A DNA stretch of 64,000 nucleotides from Spirochaetia bacterium (GTDB lineage: Bacteria; Spirochaetota; Spirochaetia; DSM-27196; Salinispiraceae), in contig JBBRCZ010000006.1 of assembly GCA_038204425.1 (NCBI GenBank), forward strand, positions 80,363 to 144,362. Direction: 5' to 3'. The position numbers and the translations under genes are program-made. How positions within the stretch are numbered: position 1 is the first letter of the stretch; each line of letters starts with the position of its first letter. Below are positions 49,183 to 58,586 of this stretch, piece after piece. The notes under the pieces are model-generated. The model saw only the letters and a list, made by a program, of their open reading frames with translations. It searched no databases and was not told where the DNA came from.

Positions 49183-50505
49183 TTAGTCACTGTTCTTATA
49201 CCAGTCGATTTTTCTTGTTGCCAACATGGCTGTGCTTAGGATACCAAGCAAGAACATAGAACCAATCAATAAAGCGTTATCCTCAGAGATGATGATGAAG
49301 TATAGCAAAACATAGAGTAGCGCCATGATCACAAAGGTCCAGATGCCTTGCTTTTTGTGTCCAAGAATGGCGGAACAATAGACGGCAACAATGCTTGAGA
49401 TGGCAGCGGCCGCGATTACAAAGGCGCTTGCAAAGCTGACTTGTTCAGAGAATGAGAGCAGAATCAAGTAGAACATGAGCGCAGCCAGTCCAATAAACAA
49501 ATACTGTAGCGGGTGAATACGCTTTTTGGTGAGGATCTCAAACAAGAACAGGCCAGCAAACGGCGTAAGAATAAACATTAGTGCGTATTTTAGGGCACGT
49601 TCAGTCATTCTATAACCGTCTATTTCGCTGCTCAGTTTTAGACTTGCAGCCTCTGGCGAGTGCCAGGCGCTAGAGGTGTTGCTAAAAATGCCACGAGAAG
49701 CAAGCGTGCGGGATAGGGCGGGGATTTTCCACTGTGCGCTAAAGCTGCTTTGATCAATTTGGCGGCTGGTTGGCAGAAAATTGCCGTAAAACTCAACAAA
49801 GCGCGAGTCACCGGCAACAGAGATGCTACTGTTTTCGCCGGCAGGAAATACCTTCAGCGTTTCGCCGCCCTTTGATTCTATCCTTAAGGTAAAGCTTAGC
49901 TTGGTACCAAGTAGCGAGCGATCAAAGCGCGTGGCAAAGGCCTCGCCTAGCGAGCCTAGGGTTTTGGGCAGCAAGCTGCGAGTGATGGGAGCCAGGCTGC
50001 CATTGAGGCTCAACTGAGGGCTCGTAATAAGTCCGTTGGCTGCCTGTACAAAGAAGACAAGTTCGGCCTTGCTCCACGTAACTTGAGCTTGGTCGGGTAG
50101 CCAGTCTAGTTGTGTAGGCAGGGCAAAATTTCCGCTGGCATTTAACACTGCTTGGTAAAGCGGTATAGAATGGATGCCACGGTTGCGGTACTCAGTGCCA
50201 AGTTTGACCTGGGCATCAAAGTCGCTAGGCATGATAAATGCCCAATCGTGGTTTTCGTCTAGCTGATAGTCGGCGCCAATCTTGGTTCTGCTAAACGTGA
50301 CAAACGGTACTCTGATGAGTGGTCCAAGTATTGCCTGCCTACCGCCCCATTCTTCGATGGTACGGTCCACCGCTTCTTGTTTAAGCGATTGTCTCTCGTA
50401 AAGAATCAAGTTTAAAATGACTATACCGATGGAAAGTACTGCAATCAGTATAGCGATCAGCAGGACCTTAAAGCCCATGCTCGAGCTCAGTTTGTTATTG
50501 GACAT
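49183..50505 (-). CDS. creD: Cell envelope integrity protein CreD
   Basis: WGGRQAILGP, RGIHSIPLY, FYGNFLP, YRMTERALKYA, IHPLQY, LLSFSEQ, EDNALLIGS and TRKIDWY. Confidence 0.93.
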   Translation of the reverse strand: MSNNKLSSSMGFKVLLIAILIAVLSIGIVILNLILYERQSLKQEAVDRTIEEWGGRQAILGPLIRVPFVTFSRTKIGADYQLDENHDWAFIMPSDFDAQVKLGTEYRNRGIHSIPLYQAVLNASGNFALPTQLDWLPDQAQVTWSKAELVFFVQAANGLITSPQLSLNGSLAPITRSLLPKTLGSLGEAFATRFDRSLLGTKLSFTLRIESKGGETLKVFPAGENSSISVAGDSRFVEFYGNFLPTSRQIDQSSFSAQWKIPALSRTLASRGIFSNTSSAWHSPEAASLKLSSEIDGYRMTERALKYALMFILTPFAGLFLFEILTKKRIHPLQYLFIGLAALMFYLILLSFSEQVSFASAFVIAAAAISSIVAVYCSAILGHKKQGIWTFVIMALLYVLLYFIIISEDNALLIGSMFLLGILSTAMLATRKIDWYKNSD

Positions 50506-50542
50506 GGATATTCTCCTCCTGCTAAAACTATGCAGCTTGCTT

Positions 50543-50580
50543 GTGGCCGCTCCGTGGCAAAAATGTGACCATTTTGTGAC
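50543..50580 (-). promoter_or_regulatory. Four phased cre-tag-like direct repeats upstream of creD
   Basis: The minus strand reads GTCAC-N6-GTCAC-N6-GCCAC-N6-GCCAC (11-bp period). Confidence 0.75.
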
Positions 50581-50642
50581 CGCTTACTTGAGCGATTGAT
50601 GCAACGCTGGAGCTTGACCATAGCTCATGCTACTATTGGCTT

Positions 50643-51344
50643 ATGGTTAGTCCAATCAAGATTGCTGTGGTCGATGATGAACCCTATATCAGAGAGATGT
50701 TAAGCATGGCGCTCAGCCAAGAGGGCTACAGTGTTGAGTGCTACGCCGATGGTCGGCTGGCTTGGCAGGCACTCCAAGTGCAGCTAGTTGATTTGGCAAT
50801 AGTAGATGTTTCCATGCCGTACATGGACGGACTAGAACTGTGTCGCCTAATTAGAACCAAGTCGAGTGCCATGCCTCTGATTTTTTTGTCATCTCGAAGC
50901 GAAGAACTGGACAAGATCCTTGGTTTGGAACTTGGCGCTGATGACTACATCACCAAGCCTTTTTCTCTGCGAGAACTTATAGTTCGTATCAAAGTCTTGC
51001 GTCGTCGCCTGGAACTAGGCCAACAAGCTCAGTCCTTGGAGCCGGTCAAGCCAAAGTCGGCTGGCTTGTTTATTGATCAGCATGCCTACCAAGCATATTG
51101 GAACTCGGTATTGGTAGAGCTAACTGTTACCGAGTTTCGACTGCTGGCGTGCCTCTGCGCCACACCAGGTCATGTAAAAACGCGTCAGCACTTAATTGAT
51201 GCGGCCTACTCCCAACCCACTTTTGTAGAAGATAGAACTATGGATTCTCACATACGGCGTATTAGACGCAAGTTTGAACAAGTTGATGCAAGCTTTACAG
51301 CCATAGAAGCCGTCTCTGGCCTCGGGTACAGGTTGCGATTATGA
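50643..51344 (+). CDS. OmpR-family response regulator (CreB/ChvI-like)
   Basis: VVDDE, DVSMP, GADDYITKPF, LTVTEF, DRTMDSHIRRIRRK and GLGYR. Confidence 0.92.
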   Translation: MVSPIKIAVVDDEPYIREMLSMALSQEGYSVECYADGRLAWQALQVQLVDLAIVDVSMPYMDGLELCRLIRTKSSAMPLIFLSSRSEELDKILGLELGADDYITKPFSLRELIVRIKVLRRRLELGQQAQSLEPVKPKSAGLFIDQHAYQAYWNSVLVELTVTEFRLLACLCATPGHVKTRQHLIDAAYSQPTFVEDRTMDSHIRRIRRKFEQVDASFTAIEAVSGLGYRLRL

Positions 51345-53023
51345 AGAGTTACAAAAGTGGCGTTAGCCACAAAAAGGGCGGTCGACTGCTTAAGATTTTT
51401 GGCGGACTTGGTTTTAGACTTATGCTTTTTAACGGACTCTTGGTAGTACTTCCGATAGCAAGCATGATGGTCTTAGATGTTTACGAAACGCGCATGCTCA
51501 AGGCTCAAGAGGATTCGATGATTGCGCAAGCCCGCGTCCTGGCCGCAAGTCTTGAGGCTGCCGTGTTGGAAGGTCATGGTATTGATCGATCCTCTACACA
51601 GGATAATTTTACTTTGGAACGCCTAGCCAAGTCCACCATGGAAAGCTTGCGTTCTCAAACGCAAACGCGGTTGCGTGTGTTTGACCAAACCGCAAGCTTG
51701 TTGGCGGATTCTATTTTGCAAAAAGAAGAGCCTATCCAAGCAGTAAGCTATTCAAAGCGGACAAGATCTGACCCAGAAGAAACGCAAGAGCAAGAACCGA
51801 GTCTGACCTTCTTGTATAGCTTGGGCAGCCTACCATTTCGTCTGTGGCGTACGCTTAACCCAGCACCCGACCCACTCAGCGGGGAGGAGGAAACTGGGCA
51901 GGCTCTTTCTGAAAATCCCGCTGTGCGACGAGCTTTAGAGGGTGGCTACGGAGCTCATACGCAAGTATCAAGTCGGCAACGATCGGTGACTCTGTTTAGC
52001 GCTGTTCCAATTGGGCGTAGCGGAACTACGGGGCAGCAATTTGGTATAGTTTTGGCCTCGCAGTCAAGTTACCGTACATTAAAGTCTCTGTACGAGATCA
52101 GGTACTCGCTGTTTAAGGTATTTTTGTTAAGTGTCGCAATAGCGCTTGTTCTCAGTTTTATGCTCGGCTTAACTATTAGTCGCCCCTTAAGGCGCATGGA
52201 ACGAATGGCGGCTACTTACATTGATTCGTGGGGCCGTCCTCGTGGCAAATTTGTCCCAGTTAGGGGTACAGACGAGTTGGCAGCACTTTCTCGCTCCTTA
52301 GTGAGACTTGGAGATGGATTGGGCGACCATATTCGTTTTATCAGTTCCTTTGCTAGCGACCTCTCGCACGAGTTGCGCAACCCCTTGTCTTCGATCCGTG
52401 CTGCCAGTGAAATTATTTCAATGAGGCCGGACTTAAAGCCAGAGGAATTGGCTCGTTTGACGGGGATTATCATGCGCGAAAGTGACAGGATTGATAACTT
52501 AGTGCGTCTGAGCAAAGAGCTGAGCTCACTGGATCTTGCCTTGGGGCAGAGTCCGCGCATGGCCGTTGACCTTATAGAATGTCTAGAGGTGCTTGACTCT
52601 GATTGGGAACTGCGCGGTCACCTACTTGACCTGGACGTGGGTGTGACGATTGGTCGTCAAGAGCGGCCTCTGATACTCGCTAATCCAGACTACCTTAGAC
52701 AGGCTTGTGACAAGATTATTGAAAATGCCGTTAGTTTTAGTCCCAGCGCTGCTAGGCCACGATTGAGACTTTTGTCAGAAACCATAAAAAATACCGATTA
52801 CGTTGCGATTGTGATTAGTGACCAAGGCCCGGGCATAGAACAAGCTGTGCTTGGCAAAATCTTTGACCGGTTTTATACACTGCGGCGCCAAGAGGGGCAT
52901 ACCGGTCTTGGCTTGTCACTGGCGCGCGAAATAGTAGAGGCCTATGGTGGCCAGATAGAAGTTAAACAGAATCTGCCAAGTGGAACAGTTTTTTTGCTTA
53001 GATTTTTGCGACTTAGATCTTAG
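51341..53023 (+). CDS. Sensor histidine kinase (CreC/ChvG-like)
   Basis: Two TM segments, HAMP, SHELRNPL, ENAVSFSP, DQGPG, FDRFYT and TGLGL. Confidence 0.92.
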   Translation: MKSYKSGVSHKKGGRLLKIFGGLGFRLMLFNGLLVVLPIASMMVLDVYETRMLKAQEDSMIAQARVLAASLEAAVLEGHGIDRSSTQDNFTLERLAKSTMESLRSQTQTRLRVFDQTASLLADSILQKEEPIQAVSYSKRTRSDPEETQEQEPSLTFLYSLGSLPFRLWRTLNPAPDPLSGEEETGQALSENPAVRRALEGGYGAHTQVSSRQRSVTLFSAVPIGRSGTTGQQFGIVLASQSSYRTLKSLYEIRYSLFKVFLLSVAIALVLSFMLGLTISRPLRRMERMAATYIDSWGRPRGKFVPVRGTDELAALSRSLVRLGDGLGDHIRFISSFASDLSHELRNPLSSIRAASEIISMRPDLKPEELARLTGIIMRESDRIDNLVRLSKELSSLDLALGQSPRMAVDLIECLEVLDSDWELRGHLLDLDVGVTIGRQERPLILANPDYLRQACDKIIENAVSFSPSAARPRLRLLSETIKNTDYVAIVISDQGPGIEQAVLGKIFDRFYTLRRQEGHTGLGLSLAREIVEAYGGQIEVKQNLPSGTVFLLRFLRLRS

Positions 53024-53535
53024 TGAGCTTCCATGCCTTCTAGCGTCAAGAGCCAGGCCTTGGTTTTTTTTCCAGCTTCAGCAGGAAGGCTTTTGAGCGA
53101 GTAATTGCCAATGCCCCCACTAAGTGGCACAACACGGTGACAAGGTATGATGAGTGGCAGCGGGTTGTTGGCGACTGCGTTGGCGACCGCTCGTACGGCA
53201 TCTTTGCGCCCAATGCGTCGAGCTAGTTCCGAGTAGCTAATGCGTTCGCCAAAACCTATCTTGCGCAGCTTTTCCCACACCAACCGTTGAAACTCGGTAC
53301 CAGTCAAGCTTAGCTTTAAGTCAAAGCTATGTCTGTGACCTTCAAAGTATTGTTTTAGTTGGAAGGCAAGTTCGCCACACGCATATTTGTTTTCTTGAAC
53401 TTGGTAGTCGTTTGCAAGTGGCTGATTGTCGGGATCAAAGACTATAAACCGGGCAGCGCCATGACGATCTACTGCCATGAGCAGGGTTCCTATCGGACTG
53501 GTTTGTTTGTAGCTGTACAGCAGTTCGCGAGTCAT
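53020..53535 (-). CDS. ogt: Methylated-DNA--protein-cysteine methyltransferase
   Basis: GTEFQRLVW, SYSELA, RAVANA and PCHRV. The start is placed at ATG 53535. Confidence 0.9.
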   Translation of the reverse strand: MTRELLYSYKQTSPIGTLLMAVDRHGAARFIVFDPDNQPLANDYQVQENKYACGELAFQLKQYFEGHRHSFDLKLSLTGTEFQRLVWEKLRKIGFGERISYSELARRIGRKDAVRAVANAVANNPLPLIIPCHRVVPLSGGIGNYSLKSLPAEAGKKTKAWLLTLEGMEAH

Positions 53536-53551
53536 AAAAAGCCTGGCGCTT

Positions 53552-53992
53552 CTACCTGCGGCTTGCCACAGTTGTGGTGCTAGTGCTAATTGTAGGAACA
53601 TTGCCGTCCCCTTGATCGTAGCCAGTTTTGAGTTGGGACTGCACATCCATCTGCACTTTGTCGTTGTCCCAGCCACCGACTAGTGCGCCTATAATTCCAA
53701 ACAGCAAACTACCTCCAAGCAGACTCATGCCTACGGCTATTACGTCAGTTTGACTGGAGTCTTGCAGCGCAAGCACAGTGCCGGTAGCAAATAACGAAGC
53801 GCTCAAACCCAAAAAGATAGGACTAAATGGAGGTACAATGGTGTAGCTTAATTTAAGGTCTTCACTAGCGACCGAGCCAGACTCTGCTTGGCTTGCCGCA
53901 GGTTCTTGAGCTACGAGGCTCAATGGATTGAGGACTAAACAAAAAGTTACAACTAGGGCAACTATGGCTCGCGAAGCAGACAAAATAAACAT
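53552..53992 (-). CDS. Hypothetical exported/membrane protein
   Basis: AGGAG ribosome-binding site, a signal peptide and two hydrophobic segments. Confidence 0.55.
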   Translation of the reverse strand: MFILSASRAIVALVVTFCLVLNPLSLVAQEPAASQAESGSVASEDLKLSYTIVPPFSPIFLGLSASLFATGTVLALQDSSQTDVIAVGMSLLGGSLLFGIIGALVGGWDNDKVQMDVQSQLKTGYDQGDGNVPTISTSTTTVASRR

Positions 53993-54012
53993 GGCCCGCA
54001 CTCCTTGCTCGT

Positions 54013-55329
54013 TTAGTATACTATATCGGCATTGTTTTGTGCCGTGTGAATCAGTTCTATACCCATTTTTGTCAGTCGATTGCTGAGAGAAGCCTCCATT
54101 TGAGCACAAAAAACCGTGCCTGTTTGACTCTCCTCTGAGCTAATGATGCGTGCTTCTCGGTGAATCAAAGCGCGCATGTCACCGCGATCCCAAGGAACCG
54201 TAAAGGTATAGCTCAATGAACTTTCTTGCAGTTTGGCGGCAATGGCAAGCAGCAGGGCCTCAAGCCCTTGCCCACTGTGGGCAGAGACGCGCAGTTGAGT
54301 GAGCTCAATGCCAAACGACAGTCGATCTTCTTGGGCTGCGGCACCTTGGCCGGTCAGTAAATCGCACTTGTTGAGCACCGTCAGGCGGGGAAGTGTGTCG
54401 GCGCCAAGTTCGCCAAGCACTTTAAGCGTAGTGGAATGTTGACGAGCGGCTTCATTGTCCGAGGCATCGATAACATTAACCACTAAGTCGGCAGACATAG
54501 TTTCTTCCAGAGTTGCTTTAAAAGCATCAATCAGGCTGTGGGGAAGTTTGCGAATGAAGCCAACGGTGTCCACCAAGACGCAGTCAGGTGCGTCTGGTAA
54601 TGACATTTTACGCGCTGTAGGATCTAGAGTGGCAAAAAGCGAGTCCTTTATATACACATTAGATCCCGTTAAAGCGTGATGCAGGCTTGACTTACCTGCA
54701 TTGGTGTAGCCAACCAATGCTACCACCGGAATTTTTTGAGTCTGTCGCTGTTTTCTCAAAACAGCGCGCTGAGACTCTACTTGTTCGAGTTCATTGTTGA
54801 GCAGCGCGATGCGATCTTTGATTACCCGACGATCCAACTCTATCTTGGTCTCCCCAGAACCTTTGTTGCCATAGGCTCCACCGCGTTGGCGAGAAAGATT
54901 GGTATAGCTAGAAGCTAGGCGCGGCAATTCATAGCGTAGTCGGGCTAGTTCTACCTGCAGCTGGGCGTCGTGAGTCTGGGCCCGCTCGGCAAAAATGCCT
55001 ATGATCAAGCCAGGCCTGTCAGTGACCGGCAAGCCCGACAGTTCTTCCCAATTTCGTTGATGGGTGGGGCTGAGTTCGGTGTCAAAGACAATAAGCTCGG
55101 CACCTGCTTCGGTGGCCAATTGGCAGACTTCATCCGCTTTGCCGCGTCCAAAAAAAAGATCTGCAGTATACTGCCTGATCTTGACCATAATCTGACCACA
55201 ACTTTGCCAGTCAAGGTTAGCGGCGAGGGCTTCTAGTTCTACCAGTGACGCTTTGGCATCCGCAGCGTCGGCTTCTTGGATGCCAACAAGAAAAGTCTTA
55301 ATTGGGTCGCTCAGATTGGTTTCTATCAT
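54013..55329 (-). CDS. hflX: GTPase HflX
   Basis: GRGK, LQVELARL, GETKIELDRR, GYTNAGKS, LFATLDPT, DTVGFI and NKCD. The start is at 55329 or 55338. Confidence 0.95.
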   Translation of the reverse strand: MIETNLSDPIKTFLVGIQEADAADAKASLVELEALAANLDWQSCGQIMVKIRQYTADLFFGRGKADEVCQLATEAGAELIVFDTELSPTHQRNWEELSGLPVTDRPGLIIGIFAERAQTHDAQLQVELARLRYELPRLASSYTNLSRQRGGAYGNKGSGETKIELDRRVIKDRIALLNNELEQVESQRAVLRKQRQTQKIPVVALVGYTNAGKSSLHHALTGSNVYIKDSLFATLDPTARKMSLPDAPDCVLVDTVGFIRKLPHSLIDAFKATLEETMSADLVVNVIDASDNEAARQHSTTLKVLGELGADTLPRLTVLNKCDLLTGQGAAAQEDRLSFGIELTQLRVSAHSGQGLEALLLAIAAKLQESSLSYTFTVPWDRGDMRALIHREARIISSEESQTGTVFCAQMEASLSNRLTKMGIELIHTAQNNADIVY

Positions 55330-55415
55330 TAAAACCATCTTGACCTTGACTAAGCTTCTCGTCAAGGTAGGACAGTTGGCGGGGAGCAAAGTGAAAACAC
55401 TAACTGTGCAACAAT

Positions 55416-55457
55416 TAAATGGTGTGGGATAAATGGTGTGAGATAAATGGAGATAGA
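55416..55457 (+). repeat. Three 14-bp tandem repeats in an intergenic region
   Basis: taaatggtgtggga / taaatggtgtgaga / taaatggagataga. Confidence 0.85.
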
Positions 55458-55480
55458 CTGATGTTTTCGGCTAAGTACTG

Positions 55481-55687
55481 ATGTCCAACAATCAAGCGAC
55501 CCAAGCGCCAAGTCGGCCACCGCCATGTTTAAAATGTCAGTTTTATCTGGTTACTTGGAATGCTTCTTTTCCTCATGGCTGTAGCCAGTTTGGCATCCGG
55601 TCAAAGGCCTTGCCATCATTTGAAGTTTTTAGAAACACCGGGCAACATTGTCCCAGTTTTATAGCTTCAACTAAACTCAAATCCTAG
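55481..55687 (+). CDS. Small four-cysteine protein (possible Zn or Fe-S binder)
   Basis: CLKC.FYLVTW...HGC..FGIRSK.LPS.EV....G.HC. Confidence 0.7.
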   Translation: MSNNQATQAPSRPPPCLKCQFYLVTWNASFPHGCSQFGIRSKALPSFEVFRNTGQHCPSFIASTKLKS

Positions 55688-55744
55688 TTTCTTCTCTTGT
55701 TTTCGGCCGTCATAGAGAATAGAATTACGCTCGGAGCATCAACA

Positions 55745-57076
55745 ATGAATAAGCCGATTAACTTCACTATTGCGACCTTAGGTGAGCCAAAAATACCTTC
55801 GCCAATTAAGCTTTCTACGGTAAGTGGCGATAGCATCGCCAACTACGTTGTAGACAGCGAGCATATTGTTTATGAAATCGACGTCAGCAATGGCGAGGAT
55901 CTTGGACTAAAAAAGTTTAGTCTGCTGCAAAAGGCCGGACCCCGGCAAATGATCTATTTTAATCCGCGCCACGTCCACGCAGGCATTCTAACCTGTGGTG
56001 GTTTGTGTCCAGGGCTCAACGACGTTATCAGAGCACTAGTCCGAACGCTATGGAATCACTATGGTGTCAGGAGAGTGACTGGAATCAAGTATGGCTACAA
56101 TGGCTTTTTGGGTGATATTCCCGGAGACCCGTTGATGGAGCTCAACCCCGACGTGGTTGATGATATTCATCGATTTGGTGGCAGCATGCTTGGTTCGTCC
56201 CGAGGAAGTGGAGAGCGTACTGAAGAAATAGTTGATGCAATTGAGCGCCTCAACCTAAACATGCTCTTTATCATCGGTGGCGATGGCACTCAAAAAGGCG
56301 CCCTTAGAATTTCCGAAGAAGTAGAAAAGCGCAATCTCAAGATTGCTATAGTCGGTATTCCAAAGACTATCGACAACGACCTTTCGTTTATAGACAAATC
56401 GTTTGGTTTTGAAACTGCCGTTGGTAAGGCAACTGAGGCCGTGACGGCCGCCCATCAAGAGGCCCATTCTGCCATCAACGGGGTTGGGCTGGTTAAGGTC
56501 ATGGGCCGAGAGTCAGGCTTTATTGCGGCCAATACTGCACTGGCAAGCCACGATGTTAATATAGTTTTGATACCCGAAGTTCCTTTTCATCTTGATGGGC
56601 CGCAGGGTCTGTTTGAGACGCTCAAAAAGCGTTTGGAACGACGCGGCCACGCCGTTATTGTCGTAGCCGAGGGAGCGGGGCTTGAGTTTTTTAGCGAACA
56701 AGAGCTTGGCACCGACGAGTCGGGCAATCGTAAGCTCGGTGATATAGGCGTGTTGCTAAAGAACAAGATCATCGCTTGGTTTAAGGCTAATGGTGTGCCG
56801 ATCAATCTTAAGTACATTGACCCGAGCTATATAATTCGCAGTTCGGTGGCGGCCCCAGTTGATAGCTCGTATTGCACACGTTTGGCAACCAATGCCGTCC
56901 ATGCTGCTATGGCTGGTAAAACCAAAATGATCATCAGCGAGCTACACAATACCTTTGTCCATGTGCCAATAGAGATAGCGGTTGCCAACCGCAACACTCT
57001 TGATCCAGAAAGCACTTTGTGGCTGGATGTAATCCAAGCTACTGGTATGCCCGTCAGGATGATAAACCAAAAATAG
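55745..57076 (+). CDS. pfkA: ATP-dependent 6-phosphofructokinase (long, group II type)
   Basis: [24 protein letters not shown] (ATP-type Gly), PKTIDND, MGRESG and YIDPSY. Confidence 0.93.
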   Translation: MNKPINFTIATLGEPKIPSPIKLSTVSGDSIANYVVDSEHIVYEIDVSNGEDLGLKKFSLLQKAGPRQMIYFNPRHVHAGILTCGGLCPGLNDVIRALVRTLWNHYGVRRVTGIKYGYNGFLGDIPGDPLMELNPDVVDDIHRFGGSMLGSSRGSGERTEEIVDAIERLNLNMLFIIGGDGTQKGALRISEEVEKRNLKIAIVGIPKTIDNDLSFIDKSFGFETAVGKATEAVTAAHQEAHSAINGVGLVKVMGRESGFIAANTALASHDVNIVLIPEVPFHLDGPQGLFETLKKRLERRGHAVIVVAEGAGLEFFSEQELGTDESGNRKLGDIGVLLKNKIIAWFKANGVPINLKYIDPSYIIRSSVAAPVDSSYCTRLATNAVHAAMAGKTKMIISELHNTFVHVPIEIAVANRNTLDPESTLWLDVIQATGMPVRMINQK

Positions 57077-57092
57077 ACGATGGTTTAAAAGC

Positions 57093-57126
57093 AAAAAGCC
57101 AAGGACAATTGTCCTTGGCTTTTTTT
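57093..57126. terminator. Bidirectional intrinsic terminator between pfkA and the outer-membrane protein gene
   Basis: aaaaagccaaggac-aatt-gtccttggcttttttt. Confidence 0.9.
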
Positions 57127-57152
57127 GTGCTCAGTATCGTCTGGATCTAATC

Positions 57153-58085
57153 TTAGATTTTGATCTTGAAGATTACCGATGCTTGGAACTCAGTGCGGCT
57201 AGCGCGGGCAGCGTTAACTCCAAGTTGAAAGTTGGTTCCCAGTGACCAGTTGTCTTTGGCAAAATCTAGACCCAAAGTACCACCAGCTACGTCTTCGGTG
57301 ACTGCACTGTTGGCATCAGTTCTGCTTACATAAACGAAGCCCAAAGCTGGGGTAAAGCCATTGGTGCTAAATGCAACTTTGAAGTAGAAGTTGTTGAGGA
57401 TGTCGTTAACTACGCCCAAAAGTGCAACTGACTTGTTAGTTACTACCAGCAAGTTATTGATGTCGAGCTTGAGTGATTCTTTGTCGCTTAGTTTGAAGTT
57501 GAGACCTGCATTGTAAACACCGTCCAAGCTCACGCTCGAGCTATCAGTGGTGTTACCATCGAAGTCAAGGATAACGGGAATACCTTGGTTGATGTTGTAG
57601 TAAAACTCTGAAATAGCACCTTTGACAATCACAGAAGGCATAAAGCGGTGTTCTGGTCGAGCAGTAGTAGCTGCGCTATCACGGATATCTGAAGCCAAGC
57701 GGTACTCAAGATTTATGCCAAGGTTTAAGGCTTTGTCAAAAGCAAAGTTGCTGTCGACACCAAGGTAGAGGCGGTTGCGGTTGCGATCAAGGAATCCTGC
57801 TGGGGTAGTCAGTGGGCTAAGTTTGGCTTCGTAGCGGTCCTTGATGTAAGGAGCAACAGTCACGCCAGAACCCAAGGCAAAAGCTACGCTACCTTTTACT
57901 TCGGTACGAGTGCCGAATGGATCGGTGTCGCTGAGTTCGTTGGAACCAATGAACCCTTCATTGAGTTCGGTGTCCATACGTTGAACCAATTCTACACTCA
58001 CCTTTGGTGGAGTGGCTTCTTGTGCAATAACTGCACCTGTAAGAGCCACCAATGCGATAATCAGAGTCGTAATCTTCTTTGCCAT
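57153..58085 (-). CDS. Outer-membrane beta-barrel / porin-like protein
   Basis: GGAGG ribosome-binding site, signal peptide (..GAVIA-QE), amphipathic beta-strands throughout and C-terminus SVIFKIKI. Confidence 0.7.
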   Translation of the reverse strand: MAKKITTLIIALVALTGAVIAQEATPPKVSVELVQRMDTELNEGFIGSNELSDTDPFGTRTEVKGSVAFALGSGVTVAPYIKDRYEAKLSPLTTPAGFLDRNRNRLYLGVDSNFAFDKALNLGINLEYRLASDIRDSAATTARPEHRFMPSVIVKGAISEFYYNINQGIPVILDFDGNTTDSSSVSLDGVYNAGLNFKLSDKESLKLDINNLLVVTNKSVALLGVVNDILNNFYFKVAFSTNGFTPALGFVYVSRTDANSAVTEDVAGGTLGLDFAKDNWSLGTNFQLGVNAARASRTEFQASVIFKIKI

Positions 58086-58186
58086 TTTGATTTCCTCCAT
58101 ATTGGGCAAAAGTAATGAACCAAGTTATGGATGCATTGTGTTAAGCCACGGTTAGGGTTGAGATAATATTACTACTGGTTTTGGTT

Positions 58187-58214
58187 AAAAAAAGCCGACC
58201 ATTAAGGCCGGCTT
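58187..58214 (-). terminator. Intrinsic terminator of the upstream structured transcript
   Basis: The minus strand reads AAGCCGGCC-UUAAU-GGUCGGCUU-UUUUU. Confidence 0.8.
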
Positions 58215-58428
58215 AAAAGGTAAACCCTGTCGGTGCGCATTGCGCTCAAGGGTACCTGTTGTTTACCACGCGATTAAGCGGGTTTGACTTGCTGATTCTT
58301 ATCGACCATGCTCACGCTTGGTCTGAAACCTTGGGCGGAACCTTCATAGAACCCCCTGTGACAAAGTTGTTCTTCGTACTCCCCGTACGAACAGCCAGCA
58401 GACCGAGCAAATTAAGCTCGCTCTACTA
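58187..58428 (-). ncRNA. Unassigned structured RNA (sRNA or attenuator leader)
   Basis: Bounded by a near-consensus promoter and a terminator, with several hairpins and no long ORF. Confidence 0.6.
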
Positions 58429-58433
58429 GCTAA

Positions 58434-58462
58434 ACTATAATACCAGATGGGCCGATTGTCAA
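58434..58462 (-). promoter_or_regulatory. Near-consensus sigma70 promoter
   Basis: TTGACA-17 nt-TATAGT. Confidence 0.8.
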
Positions 58463-58586
58463 AAAAATCCACCAATTATTTCTCTTGTATTTACACGAGT
58501 AATTACTCATCTAGCTAGTCTTGTCGTTACCTCGCTTGCATCGGTATGATAGCCAAGAGAGCGGCTAGAACTGTGGGGAAAATATA

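Noticed and set aside
55416..55457. Possible CRISPR array
   Set aside because: The units are 14 bp with no spacers, and there are no cas genes.
58187..58428. Assignment as 6S RNA, tmRNA or yybP-ykoY riboswitch
   Set aside because: No end-to-end rod, no tRNA-like ends or ALAA-type tag, and GGGGAGUA alone is insufficient. It is left unassigned.
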